Source: Eledone cirrhosa
Taxonomy: Eukaryota
DNA length: 64,000 bases
NCBI GenBank assembly: GCA_964016885.1
Contig: OZ024743.1
Span: 82,832,001 to 82,896,000 of the forward strand
Direction of reading: 5' to 3'
A program made the translations under genes and the position numbers. The notes below the pieces were generated by a model. It was not told the origin of the DNA, did no database searches, and worked only from the letters and a program-made list of their open reading frames with translations. This document shows, piece by piece, positions 1 to 14,944 of this stretch. The stretch's first letter is position 1; each line of letters begins with the position of its first letter.

Positions 1-3000
1 CAGCTTCTCCTGCACATTTGGTGGAACATAAGACCATACAAGGCATGACAGCTTCTCCTGCACATTTGGTGGAACATAAGACCATACAAGGCATGACAGC
101 CTCTCCTGCACATTTGGTGGAACATAAGACCATACAAGGCATGACAGCTTCTCCTGCCCATTTGGTGGAACATAAGACCATACAAGGCATGACAGCCTCT
201 CCTGCACATTTGGTGGAACATAAGACCATACAAGGCATGGCAGCTTCTCCTGCACATTTGGTGGAACATAAGACCATACAAGGCATGGCAGCTTCTCCTG
301 CACATTTGGTGGAACATAAGACCATACAACGCATGACAGCCTCTCCTGCACATTTGGTGGAACATAAGACCATACAAAGCATGGCAGCTTCTCCTGCACA
401 TTTGGTGGAACATAAGACCATACAAGGCATGACAGCCTCTCCTGCACATTTGGTTGAACATAAGACCATACAAGGCATGACAGCCTCTCCTGCACATTTG
501 GTGGAACATAAGACCATACAAAGCATGGCAGCTTCTCCTGCACATTTGGTGGAACATAAGACCATACAAGGCATGACAGCCTCTCCTGCACATTTGGTGG
601 AACATAAGACCATACAAGGCATGACAGCTTCTCCTGCACATTTGGTGGAACATAAGACCATCAAGGCATGACAGCCTCTCCTGCACATTTGGTGGAACAT
701 AAGACCATACAAAGCATGGCAGCTTCTCCTGCACATTTGGTGGAACATAAGACCATACAAGGCATGACAGCCTCTCCTGCACATTTGGTGGAACATAAGA
801 CCATACAAGGCATGACAGCTTCTCCTGCACATTTGGTGGAACATAAGACTATACAAGGCATGACAGCTTCTCCTGCACATTTGGTGGAACATAAGACTAT
901 ACAAGACATGACAGCTTCTCCTGCACATTTGGTGGAACATAAGACCATACAAGGCATGACAGCCTCTCCTGCACATTTGGTGGAACATAAGACTATACAA
1001 GGCATGACAGCTTCTCCTGCACATTTGGTGGAACATAAGACCATACAAGACATGACAGCCTCTCCTGCACATTTGGTGCAACATAAGACCATACAAGGCA
1101 TGACAGCCTCTCCTGCACATTTGGTTGAACATAAGACTATACAAGGCATGACAGCCTCTCCTGCACATTTGGTGGAACATAAGACCATACAAAGCATGGC
1201 AGCCTCTCCTGCACATTTGGTGGAACATAAGACCATACAAGGCATGACAGCCTCTCCTGCACATTTGGTTGAACATAAGACTATACAAGGCATGACAGCC
1301 TCTCCTGCACATTTGGTGGAACATAAGACCATACAAAGCATGGCAGCCTCTCCTGCACATTTGGTGGAACATAAGACCATACAAGGCATGACAGCCTCTC
1401 CTGCTCATTTGGTTGAACATAAGACTATACAAGGCATGACAGCTTCTCCTGCACATTTGGTGGAACATAAGACCATACAAGGCATGACAGCCTCTCCTGC
1501 ACATTTGGTGGAACATAAGACCATACAAGGCATGACAGCTTCTCCTGCCCATTTGGTGGAACATAAGACCATACAAGGCATGACAGCCTCTCCTGCACAT
1601 TTGGTGGAACATAAGACCATACAAGGCATGGCAGCTTCTCCTGCACATTTGGTGGAACATAAGACCATACAAGGCATGGCAGCTTCTCCTGCACATTTGG
1701 TGGAACATAAGACCATACAACGCATGACAGCCTCTCCTGCACATTTGGTGGAACATAAGACCATACAAAGCATGGCAGCTTCTCCTGCACATTTGGTGGA
1801 ACATAAGACCATACAAGGCATGACAGCCTCTCCTGCACATTTGGTTGAACATAAGACCATACAAGGCATGACAGCCTCTCCTGCACATTTGGTGGAACAT
1901 AAGACCATACAAAGCATGGCAGCTTCTCCTGCACATTTGGTGGAACATAAGACCATACAAGGCATGACAGCCTCTCCTGCACATTTGGTGGAACATAAGA
2001 CCATACAAGGCATGACAGCTTCTCCTGCACATTTGGTGGAACATAAGACCATCAAGGCATGACAGCCTCTCCTGCACATTTGGTGGAACATAAGACCATA
2101 CAAAGCATGGCAGCTTCTCCTGCACATTTGGTGGAACATAAGACCATACAAGGCATGACAGCCTCTCCTGCACATTTGGTGGAACATAAGACCATACAAG
2201 GCATGACAGCTTCTCCTGCACATTTGGTGGAACATAAGACTATACAAGGCATGACAGCTTCTCCTGCACATTTGGTGGAACATAAGACCATACAAGGCAT
2301 GACAGCCTCTCCTGCACATTTGGTGGAACATAAGACTATACAAGGCATGACAGCTTCTCCTGCACATTTGGTGGAACATAAGACCATACAAGACATGACA
2401 GCCTCTCCTGCACATTTGGTGCAACATAAGACCATACAAGGCATGACAGCCTCTCCTGCACATTTGGTTGAACATAAGACTATACAAGGCATGACAGCCT
2501 CTCCTGCACATTTGGTGGAACATAAGACCATACAAAGCATGGCAGCCTCTCCTGCACATTTGGTGGAACATAAGACCATACAAGGCATGACAGCCTCTCC
2601 TGCACATTTGGTTGAACATAAGACTATACAAGGCATGACAGCCTCTCCTGCACATTTGGTGGAACATAAGACCATACAAAGCATGGCAGCCTCTCCTGCA
2701 CATTTGGTGGAACATAAGACCATACAAGGCATGACAGCCTCTCCTGCTCATTTGGTTGAACATAAGACTATACAAGGCATGACAGCTTCTCCTGCACATT
2801 TGGTGGAACATAAGACCATACAAGGCATGACAGCTTCTCCTGCACATTTGGTGGAACATAAGACCATACAAGGCATGACAGCTTCTCCTGCACATTTGGT
2901 GGAACATAAGACCATACAAGGCATGACAGCCTCTCCTGCACATTTGGTGGAACATAAGACCATACAAAGCATGGCAGCTTCTCCTGCACATTTGGTGGAA

Positions 3001-6000
3001 CATAAGACCATACAAGGCATGACAGCCTCTCCTGCACATTTGGTGGAACATAAGACCATACAAGGCATGACAGCTTCTCCTGCACATTTGGTGGAACATA
3101 AGACCATACAAGACATGACAGCTTCTCCTGCACATTTGGTGGAACATAAGACCATACAAGGCATGACAGCTTCTCCTGCACATTTGGTGGAACATAAGAC
3201 CATACAAGACATGACAGCTTCTCCTGCACATTTGGTGGAACATAAGACCATACAAGGCATGACAGCCTCTCCTGCACATTTGGTGGAACATAAGACCATA
3301 CAAGACATGACAGCTTCTCCTGCACATTTGGTGGAACATAAGACCATACAAGACATGACAGCTTCTCCTGCACATTTGGTGGAACATAAGACCATACAAG
3401 ACATGACAGCTTCTCCTGCACATTTGGTGGAACATAAGACCATACAAGACATGACAGCTTCTCCTGCACATTTGGTGGAACATAAGACCATACAAGGCAT
3501 GACAGCCTCTCCTGCACATTTGGTGGAACATAAGACCATACAAGACATGACAGCTTCTCCTGCACATTTGGTGGAACATAAGACCATACAAGACATGACA
3601 GCTTCTCCTGCACATTTGGTGGAACATAAGACCATACAAGACATGACAGCTTCTCCTGCACATTTGGTGGAACATAAGACCATACAAGACATGACAGCTT
3701 CTCCTGCACATTTGGTGGAACATAAGACCATACAAGGCATGACAGCCTCTCCTGCACATTTGGTGGAACATAAGACCATACAAGGCATGACAGCTTCTCC
3801 TGCACATTTGGTGGAACATAAGACCATACAAGACATGACAGCTTCTCCTGCACATTTGGTGGAACATAAGACCATACAAGACATGACAGCTTCTCCTGCA
3901 CATTTGGTGGAACATAAGACCATACAAAGCATGGCAGCTTCTCCTGCACATTTGGTGGAACATAAGACCATACAAGGCATGACAGCCTCTCCTGCACATT
4001 TGGTGGAACATAAGACCATACAAGGCATGACAGCTTCTCCTGCACATTTGGTGGAACATAAGACCATACAAGGCATGACAGCCTCTCTTGCACATTTGGT
4101 GGGACATAAGACCATACAAGGCATGACAGCTTCTCCTGCACATTTGGTGGAACATAAGACCATACAAAGCATGGCAGCTTCTCCTGCACATTTGGTGGAA
4201 CATAAGACCATACAAGGCATGACAGCCTCTCCTGCACATTTGGTGGAACATAAGACCATACAAAGCATGACAGCTTCTCCTGCACATTTGGTGGAACATA
4301 AGACCATATAAGGCATGACAGCCTCTCTTGCACATTTGGTGGGACATAAGACCATACAAGGCATGACAGCTTCTCCTGCACATTTGGTGGAACATAAGAC
4401 CATACAAAGCATGGCAGCTTCTCCTGCACATTTGGTGGAACATAAGACCATACAAGGCATGACAGCCTCTCCTGCACATTTGGTGGAACATAAGACCATA
4501 CAAAGCATGACAGCTTCTCCTGCACATTTGGTGGAACATAAGACCATACAAAGCATGACAGCCTCTCCTGCACATTTGGTGGAACATAAGACCATACAAA
4601 GCATGACAGCCTCTCCTGCACATTTGGTGGAACATAAGACCATACAAAGCATGGCAGCTTCTCCTGCACATTTGGTGGAACATAAGAGCATACAAAGCAT
4701 GACAGCCTCTCCTGCACATTTGGTGGAACATAAGACCATACAAAGCATGGCAGCTTCTCCTGCACATTTGGTGGAACATAAGACCATACAAAGCATGACA
4801 GCCTCTGCTGCACATTTGGTGGAACATAAGACCATACAAAGCATGACAGCCTCTCCTGCACATTTGGTGGAACATAAGACCATACAAGGCATGACAGCCT
4901 CTCCTGCACATTTGGTTGAACATAAGACCATACAAAGCATGGCAGCCTCTCCTGCACATTTGGTGGAACATAAGACCATACAAGGCATGACAGCCTCTCC
5001 TGCACATTTGGTTGAACATAAGACCATACAAAGCATGGCAGCTTCTCTTGCACATTTGGTGGAACATAAGACCATACAAGGCATGACAGCCTCTCCTGCA
5101 CATTTGGTGGAACATAAGACCATACAAGGCATGACAGCTTCTCCTGCACATTTGGTGGAACATAAGACCATCAAGGCATGACAGCTTCTCCTGCACATTT
5201 GGTGGAACATAAGACCATACAAGGCATGACAGCTTCTCTTGCACATTTGGTGGAACATAAGACCATACAAGACATGACAGCTTCTCCTGCACATTTGGTG
5301 GAACATAAGACCATACAAGACATGACAGCTTCTCCTGCACATTTGGTGGAACATAAGACCATACAAAGCATGACAGCCTCTCCTGCACATTTGGTGGAAC
5401 ATAAGACTATACAAGGCATGACAGCCTCTCCTGCACATTTGGTGGAACATAAGACCATACAAGGCATGGCAGCTTCTCCTGCACATTTGGTGGAACATAA
5501 GACCATACAAGGCATGACAGCCTCTCCTGCACATTTGGTGGAACATAAGACTATACAAGGCATGGCAGCTTCTCCTGCACATTTGGTGGAACATAAGACC
5601 ATACAAGACATGACAGCCTCTCCTGCACATTTGGTGGAACATAAGACCATACAAGGCATGACAGCCTCTCCTGCACATTTGGTGGAACATAAGACTATAC
5701 AAGGCATGACAGCTTCTCCTGCACATTTGGTGGAACATAAGACCATACAAGGCATGACAGCCTCTCCTGCACATTTGGTGGAACATAAGACCATACAAGG
5801 CATGACAGCTTCTCCTGCACATTTGGTGGAACATAAGACCATACAAGGCATGACAGCCTCTCCTGCACATTTGGTGGAACATAAGACCATACAAGGCATG
5901 ACAGCTTCTCCTGCACATTTGGTGGAACATAAGACCATACAAGGCATGGCAGCTTCTCTTGCACATTTGGTGGAACATAAGACCATACAAGGCATGACAG

Positions 6001-6606
6001 CTTCTCCTGCACATTTGGTGGAACATAAGACCATACAAGGCATGGCAGCCTCTCCTGCACATTTGGTGGAACATAAGACCATCAAGGCATGACAGCTTCT
6101 CCTGCACATTTGGTGGAACATAAGACCATCAAGGCATGACAGCTTCTCCTGCACATTTGGTGGAACATAAGACCATACAAGGCATGACAGCTTCTCTTGC
6201 ACATTTGGTGGAACATAAGACCATACAAGGCATGGCAGCTTCTCCTGCACATTTGGTGGAACATAAGACCATACAAGGCATGGCAGCTTCTCTTGCACAT
6301 TTGGTGGAACATAAGACCATACAAGGCATGGCAGCTTCTCTTGCACATTTGGTGGAACATAAGACCATACAAGGCATGACAGCTTCTGCTGCACATTTGG
6401 TGGAACATAAGACCATACAAGGCATGACAGCTTCTCCTGCACATTTTGTGGAACATAAGACTATACAAGGCATGACAGCTTCTCCTGCACATTTGGTGGA
6501 ACATAAGACCATCAAGGCATGACAGCCTCTCCTGCACATTTGGTCGAACATAAGACCATCAAGGCATGACAGCTTCTCCTGCAAATTTGGTGGAACATAA
6601 GACCAT
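1..6606. repeat. 48-bp tandem satellite/minisatellite, ~137 copies in window, open at the left edge; probably intronic
   Basis: Unit CAGCTTCTCCTGCACATTTGGTGGAACATAAGACCATACAAGGCATGA with few variants. Occasional 47-bp units (ACCATCAAGG at ~661, 2052, 5171, 6082) shift the frame of the spurious MTASPAHLVEHKTIQG ORFs. Confidence 0.98.
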
Positions 6607-7080
6607 GCATAAGCTAGACACAGATCCCTGGCTTGCCTGGGAAATCAGAGGCTCAACTTCAATACTGACATGGTCCATATGGACCCATCCAACCCTTGGT
6701 AGCTAGGAAAACAAACATTAAAACAATGTTGATGATGATGTGTAATATGTGTGTCTAATATATATGCATATAATAATTGTGTGTGTGTCTATATAATATA
6801 TATATATATCTATATCTAATGTATGTGTGTGTATACATAATATATATGTGAGTGTAATGCACATCTTTAATACATATGTATATGTAATGTATGTGTGTCT
6901 CTCTCTCTCTATATATATATATATATTATATATATATATATATACGGAAAAAATGAAACGAAATTTCATTTCTCATGCATGTACGTATACATACTTATAT
7001 ATATAATATATATATTATATATATGTAATGTATGTATTTAATATATATGTATATATCACAGCTGTTTATTTCTTTATTAG

Positions 7081-7156
7081 CTATGGTGTGGTGATTGACA
7101 ACGAACGTGGAAACAGACCACACATATATTCCCAGGAAGAAATACTGAAAGATGCT
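7081..7156 (+). CDS. TNRC18/BAHCC1: TNRC18/BAHCC1/winged-eye family, first visible exon (Tudor-like region); upstream exons lie outside the window
   Basis: tttattAG acceptor, GTAAGT donor. Translates YGVVIDNERGNRPHIYSQEEILKDA, matching the family motif ERGNRPHIY..E.LL.EA. Confidence 0.92.
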
Positions 7157-7192
7157 GTAAGTATTTTAATATTTTGAGACAAAGTGGGCAAA

Positions 7193-7385
7193 TTACAGGT
7201 CGGATACTTTGGGCATGTGGTTAGAATGTCTTAGGAAAGAATATCTGGACAGATTTTATGGGCAAAACCAACTGGCAGGAGACCTAGGGGTAGACCCTGA
7301 GCAAGGTGGTTGGATAACAGCCATGAGCTTGGATTTTCTCATTTGGGGATCCAGCTGGATCAGTTGGAGACTGGTGGTGGTGGTG
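7193..7385 (+). mobile_element. Old RTE-clade LINE ORF C-terminal remnant
   Basis: Translates YFGHVVRMS*ERISGQILWAKPTGRRPRGRP*ARWLD, the typical RTE WxGHVxRM...RxRGRPxxRW end. Confidence 0.7.
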
Positions 7386-7904
7386 GTGAAACATACATAC
7401 ATGCATTCATTCATTCATTCATACATACATGCATGCATATATACATACACGCATATACATATACATACACACATACATAGAATTCTGTAGTAGCAATCCT
7501 AGTATTATCACCACCATCACTATTATTAATACCTCCTACTTATCATCGCTTCACATTCATTTTCCATGATTCCTGAGTTGGACAAGTGGTCATGTCCTGA
7601 GTTAGTTTTCATTTGACGTTACAGCTATTTCTTGCTCATAGCTTCCATTTTTAACATGGTTTCTATGGATGGATGTCCTTCCTAACATCAGCTATTCTAC
7701 AGAGTAGTGTATGTTTTGTTATGACACCACCCCTACAGATACTGACATATCCTCAACATAATTAAAGAATCCTCTCTTCTCTACATTATCTGTTTCATGG
7801 CCAACCACTTTACACAGATTACTGGGAGCCATTTTATTGTGACACCAACATATTTACTTTTTAATAAATAACTGTCATTTTCATATTTACTGTAGACCTC
7901 ATGA

Positions 7905-8144
<240 letters not shown>

Positions 8145-8284
8145 TGATAATTATATATATTATTTGCTGAGATTTTCAATGTAAAATGGTATCAAACTTA
8201 GTAAAAAGACAACCAGAACGAGAGAGAAAAGACAGTGTTTACAGTCATCAACTGTAACACTAGGTTGATCTCAGTTGGTCACTT

Positions 8285-8503
8285 AAACACATTTGCATTA
8301 CTTTATATTTACTATTGTATTTTTGTGATAAAGTCTTTACCTTATAATTATTTCACATAATATCGTATCTATGAGATTTTGATATTATTTATTTTAAGAA
8401 TAATATCTTAACATCAATATGAGTGGCCAGATATGACCGGTTTGAATAGAAAGAGGTGAGAGAATTCTGGCTAGATACAGCTGTTTTAAATGGTAAAGGC
8501 TTA
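8285..8503 (-). mobile_element. Degenerate copy of TTAA MITE family 1
   Basis: Internal sequence (GTGGCCAGATATGACCGGTTTGAATAGAAAGAGGTGAGAGAATTC) shared with 35533-35743 and reverse of 16575-16777; TIRs decayed. Confidence 0.65.
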
Positions 8504-8504
8504 A

Positions 8505-8800
8505 ACCCATTTGATATCAAGTTGCCAAAACCTGCTCTAGTTCTCATCATCATCATCATCATCATCGTTTTACGCCTGTTCTTCCACGCTAGCATGGGTT
8601 CTATGAAACAAAACCACCCATTTTAAAGCCCCTTATTTAAATTTAAATATTCCAACAATTTTATATATGAACCATGTGTTAAGTTACTATCTTTGTAATG
8701 AATCAATAATTTTCGTAAATCCCTCAAAATTCTTCATTAATTATTAATTCATTAAAATAGAGTGTATTTTGTCAGAAATACAGTAAACATTTAGAGTTAA
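8505..8800 (-). mobile_element. Degenerate copy of TTAA MITE family 2 with a short SINE/RTE tail insert
   Basis: Reverse complement aligns loosely to 41820-42070 (TAACTTAACA..GGTTC.TA.ATAAAATT; TTTGATATCA end). Confidence 0.5.
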
Positions 8801-9061
8801 ACATTTTAAAACTAATTTTGACACACAAAAATGGCTGATAGGTAGAAAACTAGAGACATGTTAGAATGATTTGTGTCTTCTACATTCAATAACTTTGTTT
8901 TGAGTATGTGTTAGAAGTAATTTAGTTTGTTGTTACAATGTCTGGGAAGAAAAAGGAAACTCCTTTGACAATCAGACAAAAAATAAAGGTTTTGTAGTTT
9001 GTGAATCAGGTTCAAAAATTGCACACAAATACAGCATTGTAAAAGTCATAAAAACTGGATA

Positions 9062-9460
9062 CATTTTATTGTGGCACCCGCATTACCACTTTACAGAGTG
9101 TAGAGGGTGTATTTTATCATGGCACCAGCATTACCACTTTACAGAGTGTACAGGGTGTATTTTATCATGGCACCAGCATTACCACTTTACAGAGTGTACA
9201 GGGTGCATTTTATCATGTCACCTGCATTACCACTTTACAGAGTGTACAGGGTGTATTTTATCATGGCACCAACATTACCACTTTACACAGGGTGTATTTT
9301 ATCATGGCACCAACATTACCACTTTACAGAGCGTACAGGGTGCATTTTATCATGGCACCAGCATTACCACCTTACAGAGTGTACAGGGTGCATTTTATTA
9401 TGGCACCAGCTCTACCACATTACAGAATGTACTTGGTGTACGTATCGTAGCACCAGCTCT
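9062..9460. repeat. 48-bp minisatellite, ~8 copies
   Basis: Unit CATTACCACTTTACAGAGTGTACAGGGTGTATTTTATCATGGCACCAG; resembles the sub-repeat in the RTE/SINE 3' region at 62430-62520. Confidence 0.9.
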
Positions 9461-9829
9461 AGAGAGGTTGTGATATGTTCAACTAAACTCCAGAGCATTA
9501 TCAAATCCTATATTTTCTCCTGTAAAATGATGATGATAATAAACATTTTTTTAAACAATCAATTTTACAGCTCACACTTCTACAGGTTTATCTGGCTTCC
9601 TACAATGTTGTATCTCACAGGTTTGTGTTTTAATGATAGAGAACTCAGTCCTGCCACTCACATACTCCTGTATGTTGTTGTTACACTTGATAATAATAAC
9701 ATTGAAAAAAAAAAAAAATAATCAAGTTTACAGCTCACACCTATACAGAGTTTTTGCTAGCCACCCACAAGGTTGTATCTTATATGAGGTTTCTTAGGGG
9801 TTTTAATGATAGAAGCACGTTCATACCTT

Positions 9830-12800
9830 GTAGCCTCTGATAAATCTAGGCGTGAAAGTTGAATTGCTTTCCGAACACGCCCTGGTCATCCACCTGATGT
9901 CCACCCAAAGCGGCGTGCTGCAGCTTCCTTAAACCGCAGCTCGGCAAAACATGAAATCTTCAGCCTACGTGATGATGAGCAGATATGGAAGTTTGTTAAG
10001 GCTAGTGAATCATGGAAAAGAGATACCAGCTGGTCTGAAAAATCTCTGGGAAACTAAATCAGAACAACCTGCCATCCCCTGCACATAATCATAGACTGGA
10101 ATCAAGGTACAAATTGTTGTCCTTGAATGCACGTAGTCTATGCAATAAGATTCATCTTTTTGACTCCTACGTCAAAAGTATCAAGCCTGACTTCATTACA
10201 GTTACGGAAACTTGTGCACATTCTTTACTCTGTGATGGGGTTTTCAGCATAACTGGGTACAACTTGTTTCATAAAGACTGCATTAATCATTGTGTTGGTG
10301 GTGTAATGGTCTACGTTCGGTCAAATTTGTCGGCAATTCCTTGTGTTGATTTGAACCAATCACAGCAGGAAGTATTTTTCTGCTATACACCTATGAGCAT
10401 GTCAACACTGCTACTTGGAGTCGTTAACTGTCCCCCAAATTACCATCAGAACACTCAACTTTGTGATATCCTCAGAGTTGCTGCCAGGAAAACAGCCACT
10501 TATGTTTTCATTGCAGGAGACTTCAATCACCCTGAGATTGACTGGGAAACCTTTCGTTGGCCGCCAAGTGCAAATGACTTCCTTGAGCTAGTGCTGGACT
10601 CGAATTGATCCCAAGTAGTCACCTCCCCAACAAGAGGTGACAACACTTTGGACCTACTCTTCACCACTACTGCTGAAACAGTTATTAGTGTTACTGCTGA
10701 GGAACCTTTAGGTGACTGATCATGCTATGATCATTGCCAATCTATCCCTCATGGGCAGTAACAAGAACCACAACCATCTCCAAACTGCTCACTTTGACTG
10801 GAATAAAGCAGACTGGAACTGTTACTGCACTGAGTTGCAACGTCCAAACTGGCTTGAGTTCTATGACTCTGGAGATGTCAACACTGTACTCCAGAACATC
10901 CTGACAATATGGACAGCATGTGCAGCATCAGTGCCACGTAAGCAGAAAAAACATCCCAAAAGTGAAATTTGGGAGACTGCAGCAGTCCGTCTTGCCAGAA
11001 AAGAACGTTGTAATGCTGAACGTGAGTACAAACTGCATAAATCAGATATCAATAGGAAGAGGCGAAATAAATCATCCAACCATCTCAAACAGGTGACAAA
11101 AAAGGCAGTGCTTCAATTTGAGCAGTGCATAGCAAACAGCCCTAACAGTAAGGTGTTCTGGAAGTATGTTCACTCAAAGCAGAGGCCTCACTCTCCAGTT
11201 GGTCCTCTTCACAGTCCCCACACAAGCCAGGTTACTGACGACCTCAAGGAATGCGCAGAGCTCATTGCTGAATGCTATGCAGGCATTTTCACTATTGAAG
11301 ACCAGAGTGTACCGTCTCCACCACCTATGGCACTGGATTCTATTACAACCATGGTATTTACACCTGCGATGCTGCGATGTCACCTTAAAAATAAACACAA
11401 CCATGCCTCTCCTGGTCTTGATGGTGTTACCTACCTGCTACTCAAACGTGGTGGGTACTTCCTTCTGCACCAGCTATCACGCTTCTTCCAATTCTGTCTG
11501 AACAACGGTGCTACTCCAGAACAGTGGAAAACTTGCCAGTGTCATTCTTCTGTTCAAAAAGGGTGACTGCACATCACCTGTGAACTATCGTCCAGTCAGT
11601 CTTACTAACTGCATTGCCAAACTGATGGAATCCTGTGTCAGAGAAACACTTTGGAACTTCTGGAACTCTCACAGTTTTATCCGGCCCTTACAATTTGGAT
11701 TTATCCCTAACTCCAGCTCTTAGGGATAAATCCAGCTTATCGAGTTTCTTGAAGACATCACCCGGATCACTGATGGCGGCTCATGGGTGGATGTTGTTTA
11801 CCTTGACTTTGCTAAAGCTTTCAATTCTGTGCCACACAAAAGGCTTATGGCAAAACCCTCTGCAATGGGTGTGAAGGATGATCTTTTTAACTGGTTGAAG
11901 TCCTTCATTCTCAGTCGAAGAGAGGTAGTCACGGTTCTGGGACAGCATTCCTCACCATATGAGATGTCATCTGGTGTACCACAGGGATCTGTTCTTGGCC
12001 CCATTTTGTTTGTGGCATATATTAATGACATAGATGCCAACTTAAAGAATGCCATAGTACTGAAATATGCAGATGATATCAAGCTGTACCTTGAGATAAA
12101 AAGGACAGATCCTGAACACTATAGATCTTGCTTGCAGTCTGACCTGGACATAATGCAACAATGGATCACAGACTGGCAACTCAAGCTGTCTGTGGACAAG
12201 TGCACCACCATGCATTTTGGGAGTAAAAACCCAGCGTCCACATACTCCCTCTACCACACTAATATCAAGAAGTCTTCTTGTGAACGTGACCTGGGCATTA
12301 CGGTCAGCAGCGATTTGCGTTGGATAAAGCACATCTCTAAAATTGTCAAGAAGGCCAAGGGTGTCTTAGCATCACTCAGCAAGATCTTTGTCAGCCGCTC
12401 TCCAGCTATCTATTTAAAGCTGTATATGGCTATGGTGCAGCCACACTTAGAATTTGCATCACCAGTCTGGAACCCCTATCTTGCTCAGAATATTGACCTC
12501 CTAGAAACTGTTCAGAGACGTGCAACCAAGCGAATACCCTCTATCAGACATCTACCATACTCTGAACGCCTTTCTTCCCTGGGCTTAGATACATTGAAGC
12601 TCCGACGCCTGGCAACTGACTTGGTAAACACCCACAAAATTATTAACCCTTTTGCCAACAACAACCCTGAGTACCTTTTTTGATTTCCATCTGTCTAACA
12701 CACGTGGGCATGCCCACAAAGTCAGAAAACAGCATAGCTCCCATGACTTTCGGAAACATTTTTTCACGCTCAGAGTTGCTGAAGCTACTGAAACTACCTG

Positions 12801-13031
12801 CATCAGTTGTTAGCTGTCGAGACACTGCATCCTTTAAAACCTCCATGCTTCCTGAGATTCGTCAACACTACACCTAATGTTCCCCTTCCATACACATACA
12901 CACATGTATATCATGACTCATACACTATTCACTTCCCTGACATTTGTATATTATTCTATGTACTATACATGCACCTTTGACGAGTTGTAGTGCACCTGAG
13001 CACTTTACACAATAATTTCATTATTATTATT
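9830..13031 (+). mobile_element. CR1-group LINE, 5'-truncated in ORF1; near-complete but frameshifted ORF2 (APE endonuclease + RT)
   Basis: LNARSL and GDFNHPEIDW (APE); PVNYRPVSLT, DFAKAFNSVPH, GVPQGSVLGP, YADD (RT); HLEFASPVWNP. Split over ORFs 10114, 10712, 11508, 11787; 3' tail TTCA(TTA)n. Confidence 0.93.
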
Positions 13032-13259
13032 TGAAAGCGATATGAAATAAAGCATCTTGCTCAAGAATACAATGCTTTGCTTGAGCCAGGGGTCAAACCC
13101 AGGACTTTAGGTTTATCAGTCCAACACCCTAACCACTAGGCCATATGCCTTCACCGTAATAATAGTTATAACTAGAAACAGTACATTTTTTTGTTTTTTT
13201 TGTTTCATTTAACTTCAGGGCCTTCATTTTTTTTCTTATTTTCTGACTGTTTTTTCTAG

Positions 13260-13376
13260 CGAGTCCCAACCCTCATGCTGACAAATCTTCTGTGAGTGTC
13301 GAATTCGATGATGGTGATACTGGCCGCATACCCATTGACCATATAAGGATGTTACCCCAAGACTTCCCCATCGCAT
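13260..13376 (+). CDS. TNRC18/BAHCC1: TNRC18/BAHCC1 family exon (Tudor-like domain, C-part)
   Basis: ttctAG/GTAAGT, phase 1 to 1. SPNPHADKSSVSVEFDDGDTGRIPIDHIRMLPQDFPIA matches VEFDDGDTGRIP..HIRLLP.D. Confidence 0.95.
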
Positions 13377-14944
13377 GTAAGTTGATTTTCTTTGCTATGT
13401 TGTTGCTATCCATCATCTAGGTAACCAGTTTTATTGAGAAAGAAAACTAGTAATGCATACATTTATACACATTTATACGCATACATACATATATACGCAT
13501 ATATACATATATACGCACACATACATATATACGCATACATATATATATATGCACATATATATGCATATATATATACACATATATATATATGTGTATAGAG
13601 GAAGATAAGTAGCTTTCTATGTAAATGTATGTTTATAAGTGTATATATAGTATTCAATATGTAATGTAAACTGGTTATATAAGTTTAGTATTCTCTCTCT
13701 TTCTTTCTCTCTCTCTCTCTCACTCCCTCTCTTATATATATATATGTTGTTTAGGTTATGTATGTACACATATATACAATATTTATTCTGGTTTATCTTT
13801 AACAACCACTAGAGGTTGTCATGGTAATTGTTGCTGTTGATATTGTTGTTGTTGTTGTCAAAGTTGTTATTTTTTTCTTTCTTACCATTATCACTGTAGT
13901 AGTTGTAATTGTTGTTGTTGTTGTAATTGCTGTTGATTTATTCATTTGCATTGTATTTCATGAGGTTGGTCATTTTCATAAATGTTTTTGTATTGAGGTC
14001 ACCACCGACTTCAGATGTCAAGGTCACACATTCATCCATACCACCACCATCATCATCATCATCATCATTGCCGTCGTCATCATGATCATCATCATAGTCA
14101 TGATCACCTCCACCTATGCTGTCATTTTCAAAACCACTGTTATTATTGTTGTTATTGTTGATATGTACCCATCATAGAATAGGTACACTATATCCCTGCA
14201 TGTCATAAAAGGTAACTAAAAGGAGCTGGAAAAAAAAAAGAAAAAAAATCCTCAATAGGAAACCTGCCATGGGACCTGCAAAGCTAACCCCTATTTTTAC
14301 AGGGAAGATTTCCTTAAAATGCCTGTTGTTGTTATTTTCATGTTGTTGTTGTTATTGTTGTTGTTCCACCATTGTCATGCCATCATCATGAACCTATCAC
14401 CATTATTGATCTCTCATTATCACCATTATTGATCTCATTATCTCAGTTATTGGTCTCCGTTATCAATGTCTTACATGCCATTTCCATTATTTACCATTTC
14501 TCTTTTATCACTCTCAGTCATCTCTTTATATTCATTTGTATTTATTTGTGTATCTGTTGTCATTATTAGTTATAGATCCATTTCACATTGCTCCTGACCA
14601 CTCAGCTGAAAAGATGTGCCCAACAACTGCTAGGGATTAACTCAGAGAGGGACTAAAATCCCATCCAGGGGGTGTGTGTGTCGTCTTGTACTCTCAATCA
14701 CTTAATGCCAATGAAACGAGGATAAGCTCTTGCCTAATGAGTATCTAGGTTTGGGACAAGCATTAACCCTGTCATGGACTGGTGTCCTATCCAAGAGGCA
14801 GTCATGTATTTTTAGTCATTTAACACCAATAGAATCTGGATAAGTTCCAACCTGGTCAGACTCTGGGCTTGGGACATATATTACTATTCTAACCTTATCT
14901 CACCACTTATCGTTTTATGATCTTTTGTCATGCTGGTATGGGCT

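Noticed and set aside
1-6606. Very long ORFs (up to 1327 aa) on both strands as a repetitive protein gene
   Set aside because: The 48-bp unit is a multiple of 3 and lacks stops in several frames; 47-bp units break the frames; no splice signals or synonymous bias.
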